This document shows, in pieces, positions 26,144 to 36,215 of a stretch of DNA of 64,000 bases. The stretch lies in the NCBI GenBank assembly GCA_963719555.1, contig CAVRCL010000009.1, forward strand, positions 26,606 through 90,605, given 5' to 3'. This DNA comes from Thermoanaerobaculia bacterium. GTDB taxonomy: Bacteria > Acidobacteriota > Thermoanaerobaculia > Multivoradales > JAGPDF01. The translations under genes and the position numbers were made by a program. Each line of letters opens with the position of its first letter. Within the stretch, counting starts at the first letter, position 1. The notes beneath the pieces were generated by a model. That model was not told the origin of the DNA. It ran no database searches and was given only the letters and a program-made list of their open reading frames with translations.

Positions 26144-29100
26144 ATGACCGGAATCCCCAAGTCTCTGGAGCGTCTTGTCCCGGCGGAGGTCCGCAAGCGG
26201 GGAAACGACTATTTCGTGCGCAAGGCGGTCCGCCTCGTTCGGGCCGAAGCCGGCTCCGTCACGGCGGAGGTGCGCGGTACGTTCCCGTACACGGTGGAGC
26301 TCCGGCAGCGCCACCGCATGGCCTACTACTCTTGTACCTGCCCCTACTTCGATCGCGAGCTCGAAGCCTGCAAACACGTCTGGGCGGTGGTCGCGACGGT
26401 GGCTTCGCGTTTGGGGCTCGAAAGTTGGCCCGCGCAGTCGGCGGATTGGTATGCCAGCCTGGAGCTCGCCGCCGGCGACTTCGAGTCTGTAGGTCCAGGA
26501 GCGAATGCGCGCGCGGCCGACGAGGATTCGCGTCAGGGACTTGTGAGGACCTCCACCCCTCTGTCTACGCCGCCGCCGGCAGCGGCCCTGGTCGAGGAGC
26601 CGGCACTCGTCGCGAGAAACTGGCAGACCGAGCTCGCGCGCATCGGCCGGTCCGCCCGGCATCACTCTTCGCCTTCGACGGAAGGGCCGGCCGCAGCGGC
26701 GCGCGAGCTGCTCTACGTGCTGCGAACACCGCTGGGGCACGAGGAGCGGCGCCTCCGCCTGACGTGCGAGGTGCGCTCTCCCGCCAAGGAGGGCGGGTGG
26801 GGGAAGCGAACGCACCTGCGGCTCGAACGCCATGCAATCCCTTCGCTGCCGGAGATCGCCGACCGAGAGATCCTCGGAATGCTGGCTGGAGTCCAGGTTG
26901 CGGACAGCTACGGCGGCGGTTTCGATTCCTGGCGGCGAGATCTGCTGCCTCACTCCTTCGACCTCGAGCCGTTCCAGGTTGCAGCACTGCTCCCGGCCCT
27001 GTGCGCGACCGGGCGCCTGCGGGCCGAGATCGTGGAAGCCGACAGTTCCAGGCAGCTCGGGCCCGCGATCGCCTGGCGGCCCGAGCCGTGGCGGCTGCGG
27101 CTGCGTCTCGCAGGGAGCGCCACCTCCCAAGCAGCGCCGCTTTCCGCTTACCAGCTCACTTCCGAGCTCTGGCAGGGGGAGCGGCGCGTCGAAGCCGGGG
27201 ATCGCCTGCAGTGGATCCTGCCTGGAGGTAGCCTCATCGCGGCCGAGTGGGCGTCGCCCTTCGACGACGGCGGAACGCCGGAGTGGCTGGAGCTTGCGGC
27301 CCCCGCCAGCGGACTCACGGTGCCGGCGGATGAAGTCGAGGCGTGGCTCATGGCGTTGCATCGTCTGCCGAGCGTGCCGGAGCTCGCGCTGCCGCCGGAG
27401 TGGACGCTCGCCGAAGGGGCGGACGTGGTGCGCCCGAGGCTCGTCGATCTCGGCGCCGGAGACGTTGCAGCCCTGGGGCCAGCGCAAGGCCGTCCTGCTC
27501 GAGCTTTCCTTCGCTTACGGCGAGGAGCGGCTCGACGCCCGGGATGCGCGCCCATGGATTCTCGACCTCGCTGGGCGGCGGCGGATCCGCAGAAGCACGA
27601 GCGCCGAAGTTGGCGCCGCCGCCCGCTTGTTCGAGCTCGGCGCGCGTTCGATTCCGTCGTACCGCGCCTCGGGTGAGAACCGCCTCGAGCTCAGCCCGGC
27701 GGCGGTTCCCGAATTCGTGCGCCAACTCCTCGCCGAGGGCTGGGAGGTCGAGGCCGAGAGCCGGGCCTTCCGGCCCCCCGGGAAGAGCTTCGTTCAGTCT
27801 CTCGAGCGGCCTCGACTGGTTCGACCTCGAAGGTGGCATCGAGTTCGGCGACGAGAAGGTCCCCCTGCCGAAGCTCCTCCAGGCGATGCGGGCCGGCAAG
27901 GGGATGGTCGAGCTCGGCGACGGCAGCTACGGCCTCCTGCCCGAGGCCTGGCTGGTGAACAACGCCCTCATGGGGGATGTCGGCGAGGTCGCGGGCGACA
28001 GCGTGCGCCTGTCGCGGCCGCAGGCGATGTTCGTCGACGCCTGGCTGCAGGGCGACGCGCTGGCCGAGGTCGTGGCCGACCCGCCCTTCGAGCGCTGGCG
28101 GCGCGAGCTCGCCGCCTTCTCCGGTATCCACCCGGTCGATGCGCCGAAGGGCTTTCGCGGCGAGCTCCGCGGCTATCAGCGCGAGGGGCTCGGCTGGCTG
28201 CTCTTCCTCGAGCGCTTCGGTTTCGGCGGCTGCCTCGCCGACGACATGGGACTCGGCAAGACGGTGCAGATCCTCGCCCTGCTCGCAGGGCGGCGAGCGC
28301 GCCGCTCCCGGCGCCCGGCGAGACACCGCGCGCGGTCGCCGCGGTGGAATTGGCGGCCGCCCCCGGCCGGCAGCCGTCGCTCATCGTCGTGCCGCGTTCG
28401 CTGCTCTACAACTGGCGCGAAGAGGCGGCCCGCTTCGCGCCGCGCCTCGCGATCCTCGAGCTCCACGGCGCCGAACGCCGCTGCGATCGCGCGACCCTCG
28501 CGGAGTTCGACCTCGTCCTCACCACCTACGGCACGCTCAAGCGGGACATCGATCTGCTGTCGGCGATCGAGTTCGACTACTGCATCCTCGACGAGGCGCA
28601 GGCGATCAAGAACTCGAACACCGCCGGGGCACGCGCCGTGCGCCGCTTGCGGGCGCGGCATCGTCTGGTCGCCACCGGCACGCCGGTCGAGAACCACCTG
28701 GGCGAGCTCTGGAGCCTGTTCGAGTTCCTGAACCCCGGGCTCCTCGGGCGCCTGTCGAACTTCCGCGGCGGTGAACGGCGCCGGCCGGAAGATTCCGCAG
28801 GAGACCCGCGAGCGGCTGGCGATGGCGCTGCGCCCGTTCCTGCTTCGCCGCACCAAGCAGCAGGTCGCTCCGGAGCTGCCGCTCAAGACCGAGCAGACGG
28901 TGCTCTGCGAGCTCGAAGGGACGCAGCGGCGGCTCTACGACGAGCTTCGGGATCACTATCGGCGCAGCCTCGCAGCGAGAGTCGCGAGTCAGGGTTGGGC
29001 GAAGAGCAAGATCCAGGTCCTCGAAGCACTTCTGCGGCTGCGTCAGGCGGCCTGCCACCCGGGTCTCCTCGATCCGCGCCGGGCGCACGACGAGAGCGCC

Positions 29101-29600
29101 AAGTTCGAAGCGCTCCTGCCGCGTCTCGAGGAGATCCTCGAGGAGGGCAGCAAGGCGCTGGTCTTCTCCCAGTTCACGAGCCTGCTGGCGCTGCTCAAGC
29201 AGCGCCTGGATGCCAAAGGATGGACCTACGAGTACCTGGATGGGGCGACGACCGACCGGCAGGCGCGGGTGGAGCGCTTCCAGAGCGATCCGCCTGCCCG
29301 CTCTTCCTGATCAGCCTCAAGGCCGGCGGCCTCGGGCTCAACCTGACCGCGGCGGAGTACGTGTTCCTGCTCGACCCGTGGTGGAATCCGGCGGTCGAAG
29401 CGCAGGCGATCGACCGCGCCCACCGCATCGGCCAGCGCCGCCCGGTCTTCGCCTACCGCCTGATCGCCAAGGACACCGTCGAGCAGAAGATCCTCGAGCT
29501 CCAGGCCGAGAAGCGCGAGCTCGCCGACGCCCTCCTCGGCGGCGACGAACGCCCCCTCGCCGGCCTCACCCGCGACGATTTCGAGCTGCTGCTGGGGTAG
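26144..29600 (+). CDS. SWIM zinc finger + SNF2 family helicase (frameshifted)
   Basis: SCTCPY..ACKHVWA; [77 protein letters not shown]. Confidence 0.92.
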
Positions 29601-29682
29601 GAATCCTCTTGCAGGATGCCTCTGCCAGGCCGCTTCGGGGCGCACCTGTTCAGGTCACCCATATTTACGGTAGGCTGGTTCC

Positions 29683-29934
29683 ATGAAGACCACGATCGAG
29701 CTTCCGGACCCGCTTCTGCGGCAGGCCAAGGCGGCAGCCGCGGCGCGCGGTGAGTCGCTGAAGGAGCTCTTTGCGCTGGCGCTGCGCGAGCATCTCTCCG
29801 GCGGCCGCCGGAGAGGCTCGGGCGAAGAAGGCTGGCGAGCGGTCTTCGGTCGCGCGAAATCCCGAGCCGTCGCCGATGTCGACGCGGTGATTGCAGCGGA
29901 CCTCGAGCGGGTCGACCCGGCGGACTGGCGCTGA
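29683..29934 (+). CDS. Ribbon-helix-helix antitoxin (VapB-like)
   Basis: MKTTIELPDPLLRQAKAAAAARGESLKELFALAL; ends VDPADWR overlapping the toxin start. Confidence 0.82.
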   Translation: MKTTIELPDPLLRQAKAAAAARGESLKELFALALREHLSGGRRRGSGEEGWRAVFGRAKSRAVADVDAVIAADLERVDPADWR

Positions 29935-30308
29935 TCCTCGACACGAATGCGGTCTCGGCGCTCTTCGCCGGAGATCCGGCGCTCGAGCGCGTGCTGAACG
30001 GCGAGTCTCGCCACCACCTGCCGCTCATCGTGGTCGGAGAGTATCGCTACGGCCTGCTGCGCTCCCGCCAAGGTCGGTTGCTGGGCGAGCTCCTCGACAC
30101 CCTGGTTCGCGAGTCGATTGTGCTCGCCATCGAGCTCGAAACGACCGCAGCGTACGCCGCGGTCCGCGACGGACTTCGCCGGCGGGGAACGCCGATCCCC
30201 GAGAACGATGTCTGGATCGCGGCCCTTGCCCGGCAGCACGGGCTGCCGGTGGTCAGCCGCGACGAGCACTTCGACCGCGTGCGCGGCATCACTCGCCAGA
30301 GCTGGTAG
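29931..30308 (+). CDS. PIN-domain toxin (VapC family), probable CTG start
   Basis: In-frame (L/M)ILDTNAVSAL at 29931, VVGEYRYG, PIPENDVWIAALA, VSRDEHF. Confidence 0.9.
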   Translation: MILDTNAVSALFAGDPALERVLNGESRHHLPLIVVGEYRYGLLRSRQGRLLGELLDTLVRESIVLAIELETTAAYAAVRDGLRRRGTPIPENDVWIAALARQHGLPVVSRDEHFDRVRGITRQSW

Positions 30309-30558
30309 CTCCGCGAGCGCCGGCCGGCCCGCGCCCCATGGCCGCTCCTCCCCCCTAAGGCCAGGGGATCTACGTGCAGACCGACGCCGTCACCAACCGG
30401 TAGAAGCGGAATCTCCGCATTCTCACCCACCTCAATCGCGTCGCTACACTCAAGGCTGAACGGCGCTCCACTCGCCGGCGCCCATCCGCCAACGGAAGAA
30501 GTCCGACGGGTTCGATTCGCCGGGGATTCCCGGGCTGTTGAGGCTCCAGCTCGCGGCT

Positions 30559-31611
30559 TCAGCTCTTCCCGGCGTCGAGCCCTTCCAGGAAGGCGACGAG
30601 GCCGGTGAAGTAGGTCTGCTGGTCGTCGTACATCGCCATGTGGCCGCCGTTCGGGCAGAGGAGGAAGCGGCCGCGCGGGAACTGGGTCGCCATCCAGGCC
30701 ATGTGCTCGGGGTCCATCGTGTCGTGCTGGGCGCCGATGACCAGCGTCGGTGTCGCTATCCTGGCGAGATCGCCGCTGCGGTCCCACTTCTCGAGCCTGC
30801 CCGAAGCACCCATCTCGCTCGGCCCCTGCATCGGGACGTAGATCGAGCGGTTCAGTCGCGTGAAGGCGCGCATCACCGGGTCGGGCCATTCGGCGAACGG
30901 CATGCGCAGGAGGTGCTCGGCATAGAAGGGAATCAGCAACTCCATGTAGCGCGGCGACTCGTACTCCTTGCGCGCCTCGAGCTCGAGGATCTCCTTCAGA
31001 GCCGCGGGGTCCATCGCCGGCATGAGCACGCCGTGGGCGTAGGCGTTGTAGGCGGGGATGCTCGACATCATGTTCGAGATCACCAGGCCCTTCAGGTTCT
31101 CGCCGTGGGCGAGCGCGTACTCGATCGCGAGGATCCCTCCCCAGGAGTGGCCGAGAAGGACGAAGTTGTCTTTGTTCAGGCCGAGCGCGAGCCGCACCTG
31201 CTCGACCTCGTCGACGAAGCGCGGGATCTCCCACAGCTCCGGCTCGTCCGGTTGGTCGCTGTAGGCGGAGCCCAGCTGATCGTAGTAGTAGTACTCGATG
31301 CCGGCGGCCGGGAAGTAGCTGTCGAACGCTTCGAAGGCCTCGTGCGTCGTCCCGGGTCCGCCGTGAAGGAGCAGCACCTTGAGCGTCGGGTTGTTGCCGA
31401 CCCGCTTCGTCCAGACGGTGAAGTTGCCCTTGGGGGTGGTGATCGGGATGCGCCTCACGCCGCCCGAGAGAACGTCGGTGCGCCCGGTGTGGTCGAAGTA
31501 GGCGGCCGAGGTCGGCGGGGTGGTGGGCGCCGGAGCCTGCGCCGCGGGAGGCGGTGCGGCGCAAGCGCCAAGTGCAAGTCCAAGAGAAAGCGCCAAAGAG
31601 AGCGGCTTCAT
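30559..31611 (-). CDS. Proline iminopeptidase-family hydrolase, lipoprotein
   Basis: Lipobox LGA-C; LLHGGPG, YYYDQLGS, GHSWGG nucleophile motif, GAQHDT, GGHMAMYD. Confidence 0.9.
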   Translation of the reverse strand: MKPLSLALSLGLALGACAAPPPAAQAPAPTTPPTSAAYFDHTGRTDVLSGGVRRIPITTPKGNFTVWTKRVGNNPTLKVLLLHGGPGTTHEAFEAFDSYFPAAGIEYYYYDQLGSAYSDQPDEPELWEIPRFVDEVEQVRLALGLNKDNFVLLGHSWGGILAIEYALAHGENLKGLVISNMMSSIPAYNAYAHGVLMPAMDPAALKEILELEARKEYESPRYMELLIPFYAEHLLRMPFAEWPDPVMRAFTRLNRSIYVPMQGPSEMGASGRLEKWDRSGDLARIATPTLVIGAQHDTMDPEHMAWMATQFPRGRFLLCPNGGHMAMYDDQQTYFTGLVAFLEGLDAGKS

Positions 31612-31785
31612 CGCGACCTCCGGAACTTCGTGAGAGTCGATCATGACAGACGGGCCCGCGGACCCCTCCGATCGTCCTGGTCGGTCTGGTCAGGAAGTCG
31701 TCGGAGTTGGCGCACCGTCGCTCCCGTGCCACGAGACCGTCACTCCCTTTGGATACCTTCCTCCTTGACCAAGGAGAGGGTACTC

Positions 31786-33408
31786 ATGCGCAAGTTGCAG
31801 ATGTTGGGATGGACGTTGGGAGCACTGGCGACAGCTGCAGGGAGCGCGTCGATCGACATCGATCGCACCAGTGGCAACCGTCCAGAGGTCGACCTCACGG
31901 CCGGATCGATCCGGCTGGAGAAGATCGGCGGATTCGCGACCGGCTTGTTCGAACAGGGTGGGGCGGAGATCGCCGCGTACAGCCGGACCGCGAAGCGGCT
32001 CTTCTTCGTGAATGCCCAGGCGAACGCCGTCCAGGCCCTCGACATCACCGATCCGTCCAATCCCACCCTGCTCTTCACCATCGACCTCTCCGCCTACGGC
32101 GGCGGCGTCAACAGCGTGGCGACCTGGGGCGATCTCGTCGCGGCGGCGGTCGAGGCTGACGACAAGCAGCAACCCGGCAAGGTCGTTTTCTTCGACCTCT
32201 CTGGCGGCATCCTCGCCGCGCTGCCGGCGGGCGCGCTCCCCGACATGCTGACCTTCACTCCCAACGGTGCCCACGTCGTGGTCGCCAACGAGGGCGAGCC
32301 GCTCGACTACTGCACACCGGGTCTCGCGAACGATCCGGAGGGTTCTGTCACGATCATCGATATCCCTTCGGACCGCTCGCAATTGGCCACGGCGACCGTC
32401 CGCACGGCCGATTTCCACCGGATCTTTGCCGAGCTTCATCCCGAGGTGCGGATCTTCGGACCGAACGCGACGCCGGCCCAGGATCTCGAGCCCGAGTACA
32501 TTGCTGTGGCGGACGATTCGAAGACCGCCTACGTCACGCTGCAGGAGGCCAACGCCATCGCCGTCGTCGATCTGGCGACCGGCACGGTGACGGCGTTGCA
32601 CGCGCTCGGCACCAAGGACCATTCGCAGCGGATCAACCAGCTCGATGCCTCCGATCGGGACGACGCAGTGCGCCTCGCGACCTGGCCCGTTCAGGGCATG
32701 TACCAGCCCGACACAATCGCCTTCTACCTCTTCGAAGGTCGCCGCTATCTGGTGACCGCCAACGAGGGCGACACCCGAGACTACGAGTGCTACTCGGAGC
32801 TCGAGCGGATCAGGGACCTCGAGCTCGATCCGGTGCGCTTTCCGAACGCCGAGTTCCTGCAAGAGGACGAAAACATCGGCAGGCTCAGGGTCACGACCGA
32901 CGGGGCCGACACCGACGGCGACGGTGACGTCGATCGACTGCGCTCCTTCGGCGGGCGCTCGTTCTCGATCTGGACCTCGCAGGGGAGTCTGATTCACGAC
33001 AGCGGGCGCAGTTTCGAGCGCATTCTGGGACGCCACGATGCGGCGAACTTCAACTCGGACAACACCGAGAACGACTCTTTCGACTCGCGCAGTGACGACA
33101 AGGGACCCGAGCCCGAGGCGCTGACGCTCGGGGAGATTGACGATCGCGTCTACGCCTTCGTCGGGCTCGAGCGTCAGGGCGGCATCTTCGCCTACGACGT
33201 GACCAACCCGCTGAAGGTGGAATTCTCGGCCTACGCCAACACGCGCATCTTCAGCGGCGCCGCCGAGGCCGGAACCGCGGGCGACCTCGGTCCGGAAGGC
33301 CTGCTCTTCATCCCCGCCAAACAGAGCCCGAACGGCCAGGACTTGCTGGTCTCGGCGAACGAGATCAGCGGCACGATCGCCATTTTCCGTGTGGTCACGA
33401 TCGACTGA
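31786..33408 (+). CDS. Choice-of-anchor I / atypical alkaline phosphatase-like beta-propeller exported protein
   Basis: AEIAAY, GALPDMLTFTPNG, VANEGEP, DLEPEYIAV, GMYQPD, TANEGD, DSRSDDKGPEPE, DLGPEG, NEISGT; SD GGAGAGG before ATG 31786. Confidence 0.85.
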   Translation: MRKLQMLGWTLGALATAAGSASIDIDRTSGNRPEVDLTAGSIRLEKIGGFATGLFEQGGAEIAAYSRTAKRLFFVNAQANAVQALDITDPSNPTLLFTIDLSAYGGGVNSVATWGDLVAAAVEADDKQQPGKVVFFDLSGGILAALPAGALPDMLTFTPNGAHVVVANEGEPLDYCTPGLANDPEGSVTIIDIPSDRSQLATATVRTADFHRIFAELHPEVRIFGPNATPAQDLEPEYIAVADDSKTAYVTLQEANAIAVVDLATGTVTALHALGTKDHSQRINQLDASDRDDAVRLATWPVQGMYQPDTIAFYLFEGRRYLVTANEGDTRDYECYSELERIRDLELDPVRFPNAEFLQEDENIGRLRVTTDGADTDGDGDVDRLRSFGGRSFSIWTSQGSLIHDSGRSFERILGRHDAANFNSDNTENDSFDSRSDDKGPEPEALTLGEIDDRVYAFVGLERQGGIFAYDVTNPLKVEFSAYANTRIFSGAAEAGTAGDLGPEGLLFIPAKQSPNGQDLLVSANEISGTIAIFRVVTID

Positions 33409-33436
33409 CTCGACCTCGAGCTTGAGACTCCGGATC

Positions 33437-33476
33437 GGGGCGCCTGGTGCCGCAAGGTGCCGGGGGCTTTTCTTTT
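33437..33476 (+). terminator. Probable intrinsic terminator
   Basis: GC stem with GU pairs around a GCAA tetraloop followed by TTTTCTTTT, about 30 nt after the stop. Confidence 0.6.
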
Positions 33477-33513
33477 CGGCGCGGTGGAACGACGCTTCAC
33501 CCCACTCGCCGGT

Positions 33514-33543
33514 TTGACAGCGACCGAGAGGCGGCGGTAACGT
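33514..33543 (+). promoter_or_regulatory. Sigma70-type promoter of the thr leader
   Basis: TTGACA (33514-33519), 18 nt spacer, TAACGT (33538-33543). Confidence 0.65.
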
Positions 33544-33552
33544 GCGCCCGTC

Positions 33553-33642
33553 ATGAGCTCGCGAGACTTCACCGGCAACGCCCGTGCGCTGTCGTGCACG
33601 ACGACGACCACCCGCGAGAGCGGAGGGACGGGGTTCGCCTAG
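33553..33642 (+). CDS. Thr-rich attenuator leader peptide (29 aa)
   Basis: MSSRDFTGNARALSCTTTTTRESGGTGFA*; five consecutive Thr codons at 33598-33612; directly upstream of a terminator and the thr genes. Confidence 0.85.
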   Translation: MSSRDFTGNARALSCTTTTTRESGGTGFA

Positions 33643-33668
33643 GCGAACGGCGAGATCGCGCCAGTTAC

Positions 33669-33709
33669 GGCCCCGCTCCTCCGACGAGGACGCGGGGTCT
33701 TTTGTTTTT
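33669..33709 (+). terminator. Attenuator terminator of the thr operon
   Basis: GGCCCCGC-TCCTC-cgac-GAGGA-c-GCGGGGTC followed by TTTTGTTTTT; its 5' arm can alternatively pair with 33622-33633. Confidence 0.88.
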
Positions 33710-33732
33710 CGGGAGATTCCAGGGAGATGGTC

Positions 33733-36211
33733 ATGCAGTCGTTTCGAGTCATGAAGTTCGGCGGCACTTCGGTCGCGGGCGCCGACCGCATGCGAGGTGT
33801 GGCGGACCTGGTCGCCGCGGCGGCGGCGGCGGAGCGCGTGGGCGTCGTCGCCTCGGCGGTCTCCGGCGTGACCGACCTCCTCGTCGGCGGGCTGAAGCAC
33901 GCCGCGGCGGCCGAGGTCGACCAGGCCGACGAGGCCGTCGCCCGATTTCGCGCCGTCCACGAGGAGATCGCCGGAAAGCTCGCACCGGACCTCGGTGCGG
34001 CGCGCAGCGTGGCGCTCGCGCAGCGCCTGGTGGAGATCGTCTGCGAGCTGGCGGAGACGCTGCGTGGCGTCGCGCTGCTCGGCGACTGCTCGGCGAGAGT
34101 GGAGGCGCGAACGATCGTCCTGGGCGAGCGCGCAAGCTGCGCCCTCTTGTGTGAGCTTTTCGCCTCCCGTGGCCTCGATACCGACTTGCTCGACCCCCTG
34201 GAGCTCCTGCCTTGCACCGGTGACCCGCTGGCAGCGACGCCGCAGCCGGCAGAGATGCATCGACGGCTCGCGACGCGGCGGGAGGCGGGTAGCCGGGTTC
34301 TGCTCCTGCCGGGATTCTTCGGCGGCGACGAAGGCGGCCAGGTGATGTGCCTCGGCCGCGGCGGCTCGGACTACTCGGCGGCGCTCCTCGCCCAGGCCTT
34401 GGAGGCACGACTGCTCGAGATCTGGACCGACGTCGACGGCGTCTTCACCACCGACCCGCGCCTCGCCCCGGCGGCGACCTGTCTCGAGCGCATGAGCTAC
34501 GAGGAGGCGATGGAGTTGGCGCACTTCGGCGCCAAGGTCCTGCATCCGCGGACGATCGCGCCGGCGCGCGTGGCGGGCATCCCGGTGCGCATCCGCAACA
34601 GTTTCCACGTCGACCACCCGGGGACTCTGGTCGAACGGCGGACAGCGCCGCCGGAGGCAGCCGAGCGCGTCGCCTGCGGCATCTCGTTCACCCGCGGCGT
34701 GGCGCTGGTGAGTCTCTTCGGCCCGGGCATGGAGGGTGTGCCGGGTGTCGCGGCGCGTCTCTTCGCGGCGCTCGCGAGCCGCGGGATCTCGGTCATGCTG
34801 ATCACCCAGGGCTCGAGCGAGACCGCCATCTCCTTTTGTGTCGATGCCGTTGCCGCCGACGAGGCGGAGCGGGCGGTGCGCGCGGCGTTCGAGTCGGAGA
34901 TCGACACCGGCCGGGTCGACGAGGTCGTGGCGCGACGGGATCTCGCGATCGTCAGCCTGGTGGGCGACGGCATGCGCGAGCGGGTCGGCGTCGCCGGCCG
35001 CTTCTTCGGCGCGCTGGGTGTCGCAGGGGTGAACGTGGCGGCGATCGCGCAGGGCGCTTCGGAGCGTTCGATCTCGGCGGTCATCGCCGCGGAGGACGGC
35101 GCCCGCGCCGTCGCGGCGGTCCACGAGCGGCTCTTCGAGCGTCCCTGGCCGGGGGACGCGCCGCCGCGGTTCCCACAGCCGGTGGCGGCGGTCCGTGCTC
35201 CCTCCGGCGCGCCGCGCGCGAGCGAATGGGTCACCGCCTACGCTCCGGCGGGCATCGGCAACTTCGCCGCCGGCTTCGACCTGCTCGGTGCCGCGATCGC
35301 CCCGGTGGACGGTGCGCTGTGGGGGGATTGCGTCGCGGTGCGCCGCGCTGCCGGGCGGGCGGCGGGAGAGGGCGATCGGCTGGAGTGCCGCGGCGGCTTC
35401 GCGCACCGGCTGCCGGCCGAGGCGCGGCAGAACCTGGTGCTCAAGGCCCGCGACGCCTTCGCCCAGCGGCTCGGCGAGCCGCTGCCGGCGCTCGACTTCG
35501 TCCTCCACAAGAACCTGCCGGTGGCGAGCGGCCTCGGCTCGAGCGCGTCGTCGGTGGCGGCGACCCTGGTGGCGCTCAACGAGCTCCTCGGCCGCCCGCT
35601 GGACGACCGCGCGCTGCTCGCCGCCGCCGGCGAAGCCGAAGCGCAGGCCTCCGGCGGCGTTCATCTCGACAACGTCGCGCCGGCGCTCCTCGGCGGGCTG
35701 CGGCTGGTCGACCCGGAGGCGGGCTCGCGCGCGCTGCCCTTTCCCCAGGATGCTGCTCTTCGTCCTCTGGGTGCCGGAGCTCGAGCTCGAGACGCGCTTC
35801 GCGCGGAGCGTCCTGCCGCGCGAGCTCCCGCTGCCGGACGCCATCGCCTGGGCGCAGAATCTGGCGGCGCTGATTCACGCCCTGCACGTCGACGACCGCG
35901 CGCCTGCTGCGCCGTGGCTCTCCGCGACTCGCTCGCCGAGCCGCATCGTGCCGCGCTCGTCCCCGGCTTCCGCGACGTGCAGCGGGCGGCGCTCGCGGCC
36001 GGGGCGCTCGGCTGCACGCTCTCCGGCGCCGGCCCCGCGGTCTTCGCGGTGGTCGAGCCGAGGCGGCCGAGGCGATTGCGGCGGCCGGCTTCGCCGCCTG
36101 GCGCGCGGCCGGCGTGGCCGCCGAAGCGCGGCTCTGCCGGCTCGACCTCCAGGGCGCCGGCGAGTGGACGCGCCGGAGCGCCGGGATGCCGGGAAGGACG
36201 GAGAGCGTTGA
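33733..36211 (+). CDS. Aspartokinase (ThrA-type kinase + 2 ACT) fused in frame to homoserine kinase; frameshifts only in the distal ThrB part
   Basis: VMKFGGTSV, LGRGGSDYSAA, IWTDVDG, FGAKVLHP, two ACT domains, Pro-rich linker, then AYAPAGIGNFAAGFDLLG, KNLPVASGLGSSA, HLDNVAP, LSGAGP. Confidence 0.85.
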
Positions 36212-36215
36212 GTCG

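Noticed and set aside
29644-29660. TCAGGTC(A/G)CC motif also near 44400 (minus strand) and 58290
   Set aside because: About 10 nt only, inconsistent position relative to genes; insufficient support
30309-30558. Possible duplicated tails of the SNF2 or PDE genes and a YVQTDA-like fragment
   Set aside because: Matches are short and GC-rich; not distinguishable from chance by eye
31690-35844. 1384-aa minus-strand ORF and similar long antisense ORFs (3024-4370, 5573-7117, 46298-48655, 50040-52166, 54200-56098)
   Set aside because: Shadow ORFs of real genes in high-GC DNA; no recognisable motifs
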